Assembly (NCBI GenBank): GCA_051453625.1
Contig: JBOZIK010000001.1
Span: 47,913,157-47,953,923, forward strand
DNA length: 40,767 nucleotides
Direction: 5' to 3'
DNA from: Welwitschia mirabilis
Taxonomy: Eukaryota
Position numbers and translations under genes: made by a program. Of the stretch, positions 37,593-40,767 are shown in pieces (within the stretch, counting starts at the first letter, position 1; the number at the start of each line of letters is the position of its first letter). Under the pieces are notes generated by a model. The model did no database searches. It was not told where the DNA came from and was given only the letters and a program-made list of their open reading frames with translations.

Positions 37593-38528
37593 ATGGCAGC
37601 ACACCCTTGTGAATTCGTAGGGCAAGAAATAGCAGAGTCTCCGCCGCGCCAAGTGCTCTTCTCATCGACAGCCTTATCGAAAGGGAAGCGATCGAAGCGA
37701 AGCCGCGTGAGTGAGTCAAGCTCAGAGACGATGATGCCCAAATCAGAGGAGTTGAGCGACGACGAGGAACTTCAGCAAGAGGTCGCCGCGCGTTGCCTTC
37801 TGATGATGCGCTGCTGCCGCTCCGCATCACCCACAACGTCGGAATCCAGACAAGAGCCGTTGACATGCGCGAACGCCGAAGCGGAAGCGCCTAGAAGAAG
37901 GATCAAGAAGCCAAGAAAGCTGGAAGAAGATGAAGCAGGCAACAACAACAACATGAGCAGGGTCTACGAATGCAAGTCTTGTGGGAAGGGATTTCTGTCT
38001 TTCCAAGCACTGGGAGGGCACCGAGCGACGTGCCAGAACAAGCTCAGGCATGCTTCAGGCTTCGCAGAGGCCTTTGACAACGGAAGTTTTCTTGGAGACA
38101 AGGTCCATAGCAACAGCAATAATAAGACTCACGAGTGTCCCGTTTGTCATAGAGTGTTTCCTTCCGGACAGGCACTGGGCGGTCACCGGCGCACTCACTC
38201 ATCTCCCGTAGTGCCTGCAGCGACTCTGGAGCCCGCCTGCACGAACCTTTCGGCGACGGAGTTCCGCTCGCCATATTCTAAGCTGATGCTGGATCTCAAC
38301 GTCCCTGCTGCTGAAGACGACTCTGCGGTTTCTGATGATTTGGGGGCTCAATTACCGGATCATGAGTCTTCGGGGAGGCCTTGGTGGATCGACGGGGAGG
38401 CTGTTAGGCGTGGGCGCGAGGATGAGGCCGAGAGTGAAGTGGACCGAAACAGAGGGGGGTTCAGCAGCAGGGCTGCTCCTGATCTTACCTCCAAGTCAAA
38501 CATGCTGTTAGTGGCCACTGTAATTTAA
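37593..38528 (+). CDS. Plant QALGGH-type zinc-finger transcriptional repressor (ZAT/EPF-like, two fingers, EAR motif), 311 aa, apparently intronless
   Basis: Intact ORF with a KGKRSKRSR basic box and an L-box (EVAARCLLMM). Finger 1 is YECKSCGKGFLSFQALGGHRATC (37965-38033) and finger 2 is HECPVCHRVFPSGQALGGHRRTH (38130-38198). EAR motif LDLNVP at 38289-38306. The ORF-track start at 37419 is a TTG; the first in-frame ATG is 37593 (context aaATGGC). Confidence 0.95.
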   Translation: MAAHPCEFVGQEIAESPPRQVLFSSTALSKGKRSKRSRVSESSSETMMPKSEELSDDEELQQEVAARCLLMMRCCRSASPTTSESRQEPLTCANAEAEAPRRRIKKPRKLEEDEAGNNNNMSRVYECKSCGKGFLSFQALGGHRATCQNKLRHASGFAEAFDNGSFLGDKVHSNSNNKTHECPVCHRVFPSGQALGGHRRTHSSPVVPAATLEPACTNLSATEFRSPYSKLMLDLNVPAAEDDSAVSDDLGAQLPDHESSGRPWWIDGEAVRRGREDEAESEVDRNRGGFSSRAAPDLTSKSNMLLVATVI

Positions 38529-40767
38529 TGACTCACTAGTCTGGTTCCTTGTTTCTGATGCAAGTCCCATCTTCTTCATTTGTGACCAGTCTCATGGTTC
38601 TGGGGCCATGTTCTTACAAGCCTGTTTAATTTCATTGTTTCATGTGAAGTAACCATTCTTTCATTCTTTCCTTGTATGGTGAAATCATGAATGTCCAAAA
38701 CGTTTTCAGATGTGACTGTAAACCTGACGGAGGGCTAACTTTTGTTAGCTTTTGTTAGATCAGTTCCTGCAGTTTACAGACTCACTGTTTAACTTGACTA
38801 GAAGAAAAGTCGCAGGTAGGCGGGGGAGAATGGCAAGTAATGGGCATCTGTAACAGTCAGGGGAGAGATTAATTCTTTGCTCTAGAAGAACAGATGTGTT
38901 GTATAGGAGTCGTTTACTTATCTTAAGTTTGGTGTCTACGAATGCTGTTAATTTGCTGGCATGTGAAGGATTGTGCGAGTGAGTTCACTGGCTGCACTGA
39001 CTTGTGAAGGTGCAGAATACATTGATGATGAAGGCGTCCATGTGCATTGCATGTTGCTGGGTCATCTCCCTTCCTTCCTTCCAGAGGAAGATTGATGATC
39101 AGCTTAAGAAAACTGAATTCCATTCTTTATCTTTACGTAAAATGATGATTCGATTTTTCCAACCCTTTAATTACCTCTCTTACATTAACAGAAGGATGTC
39201 TGAAGGTCGAGATTTAAGGTTGGAAGACGTTCGTTCCAAAGCGCGGTGCGAATGGTTTTGAAAACGTCAACGAATGAATGCTTCTTCGTCTTGTATTGAA
39301 TGAATGGTTGTTCGTTTTCCATTCCCAATAAAATACGTTTTCTCTGCGTTTTCGGTATTGGACGCCTAACCCTTTTGTTTACACTCATCTTTGATAAATC
39401 GCTTCAATAATTGAAGGACGCAAGGGATGATCAACACTTCAACTAACTATTTGCTTGCATTCCAAGCTTAGCATTCCAGAAAGTCTAGTGAACTAAAATA
39501 ACGTCACCCACACAAGAATAACGTCAACCGAACACATCCACTTGAAGAGGCGACAGACCGCCCCATTTATCTGCTCGTATGCGATACATAGTCAACCTTA
39601 GCAGCGACTCCTTATAAATACTGTTGGTGTTTCATGGCAAAACTTTTTCAAATCGAAGCACATTAGGAATGTCCTTATTTTAATTTTTTTTTCAGGCGTA
39701 AGCTATTTATTGGGAAATCCTTTCTTAACAATCCACGCGTGTAGTGTTCCCCATGAAATCTAACCCTGAACAAGTCTTCATTTTTAAACACCAAAAACTT
39801 TTTCAATGGCATTAGATTTTGTGTCTTTTAAAAGGTTAAAAATTCGGTTCTATGGTGACCAATGTATTGTTAATAATAAGGGTGTTAGTTCTATAAAATA
39901 AGAGCTATATTAGATATAAAGTAGTGTTATTTCCAATTTCTTTGCTTGGCTTCCAAGCAACTATTTTCTACCTAAAGGATTTTATTGAGTAGAAAACTCT
40001 ATCCTGAACCAACCATAACCCTAAGGCCAGATGAAAAGAGAAGGCAAAATCATTTTAGCATGATAAAAGTTTGGTTATGGAACTCAACCATGAAAGACTA
40101 GCTAGGAACAAAGGGACAAGAGAATGTGTAACATTATCATCTTTAGGCTTTAGCTTTTTATCCTTGACTTTTTAGTGCTCATACATTAGCTTTCTTTTAG
40201 AAATTCAAAGCAGTACATTCAAGTAAGATGGCGTTTCATTATAAAGCAAATAGGGTGTGAGGTAAAAGAAGGGTTTAGCCTTGAGAGGGTTTCTAAACAC
40301 GATAGTACGATGTATTTTCAAGCTTACCTTATACATTTACATTTACCTTTGTAAAAGCTTCATGAAAATTCCATTGAATTAATACATTTACATGAAGGGG
40401 TGAAGAACATGAGAAGATATTTATGAAATTTCAAATCTAGGAAAATAGAGAAGATTAGTTGAACTTAAAGTGGATAACTCTCATCATGTTCAAATACATC
40501 CTTATCACCCTTTTTCTTAGAGATGTTCCCATCCCCTTCTTTGCTTGGCACATAATGACACTTCTCCTCATTACTATTAGATGGCGGCTTCTAGAGAAGG
40601 GTTTTCTATAGAGGCTCCTTTGCGACTTTGGACCAGGTTTAAACCCCATCCTATTTTTCAGTAGCTCGACTTTCGAGAAGTTAAATGAGACTTTCTGCCT
40701 AGTTTTCTCTTGTTAAACTGTTCCTCACAGAGAATCCGGAGGAGAAAAAAGCGTGGGGCGGGGTGGG

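Noticed and set aside
40455..40767. Short minus-strand ORF at the window end as a possible neighbouring gene
   Set aside because: No recognisable motif, the frames are interrupted by stops, and the context is cut off by the window edge.

Overview
Land-plant nuclear DNA from a gapped assembly (two 100-N gaps and several 10-N gaps). About 1-33.3 kb is AT-rich, CpG-depleted, decayed transposon sequence. It holds pieces of at least five copies of one Athila-like Ty3/gypsy family (tRNA-Asp-type PBS, three complete ~1.2 kb LTRs and one partial LTR), a 5'-truncated L1 LINE with a poly(A) tail, a Ty1/copia 3' fragment inside a gypsy gag, an L2/CR1-like LINE remnant and a possible CACTA transposase remnant. 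About 35-39.8 kb is a CpG-rich island with the only convincing host gene, an intronless two-finger QALGGH zinc-finger repressor (ZAT-like, EAR motif; likely CDS 37593-38528), preceded by CAMTA/G-box/ABRE/DRE-type motifs. I found no convincing new multi-gene system. The best leads are a fixed-geometry palindromic motif repeated six times in the LTR and leader of the gypsy family, evidence that the outer two of three co-oriented LTRs are the true pair, a C2HC variant first finger in the gene, and TE features that hint at a non-angiosperm host. All alignments were done by eye, so TE boundaries are approximate.
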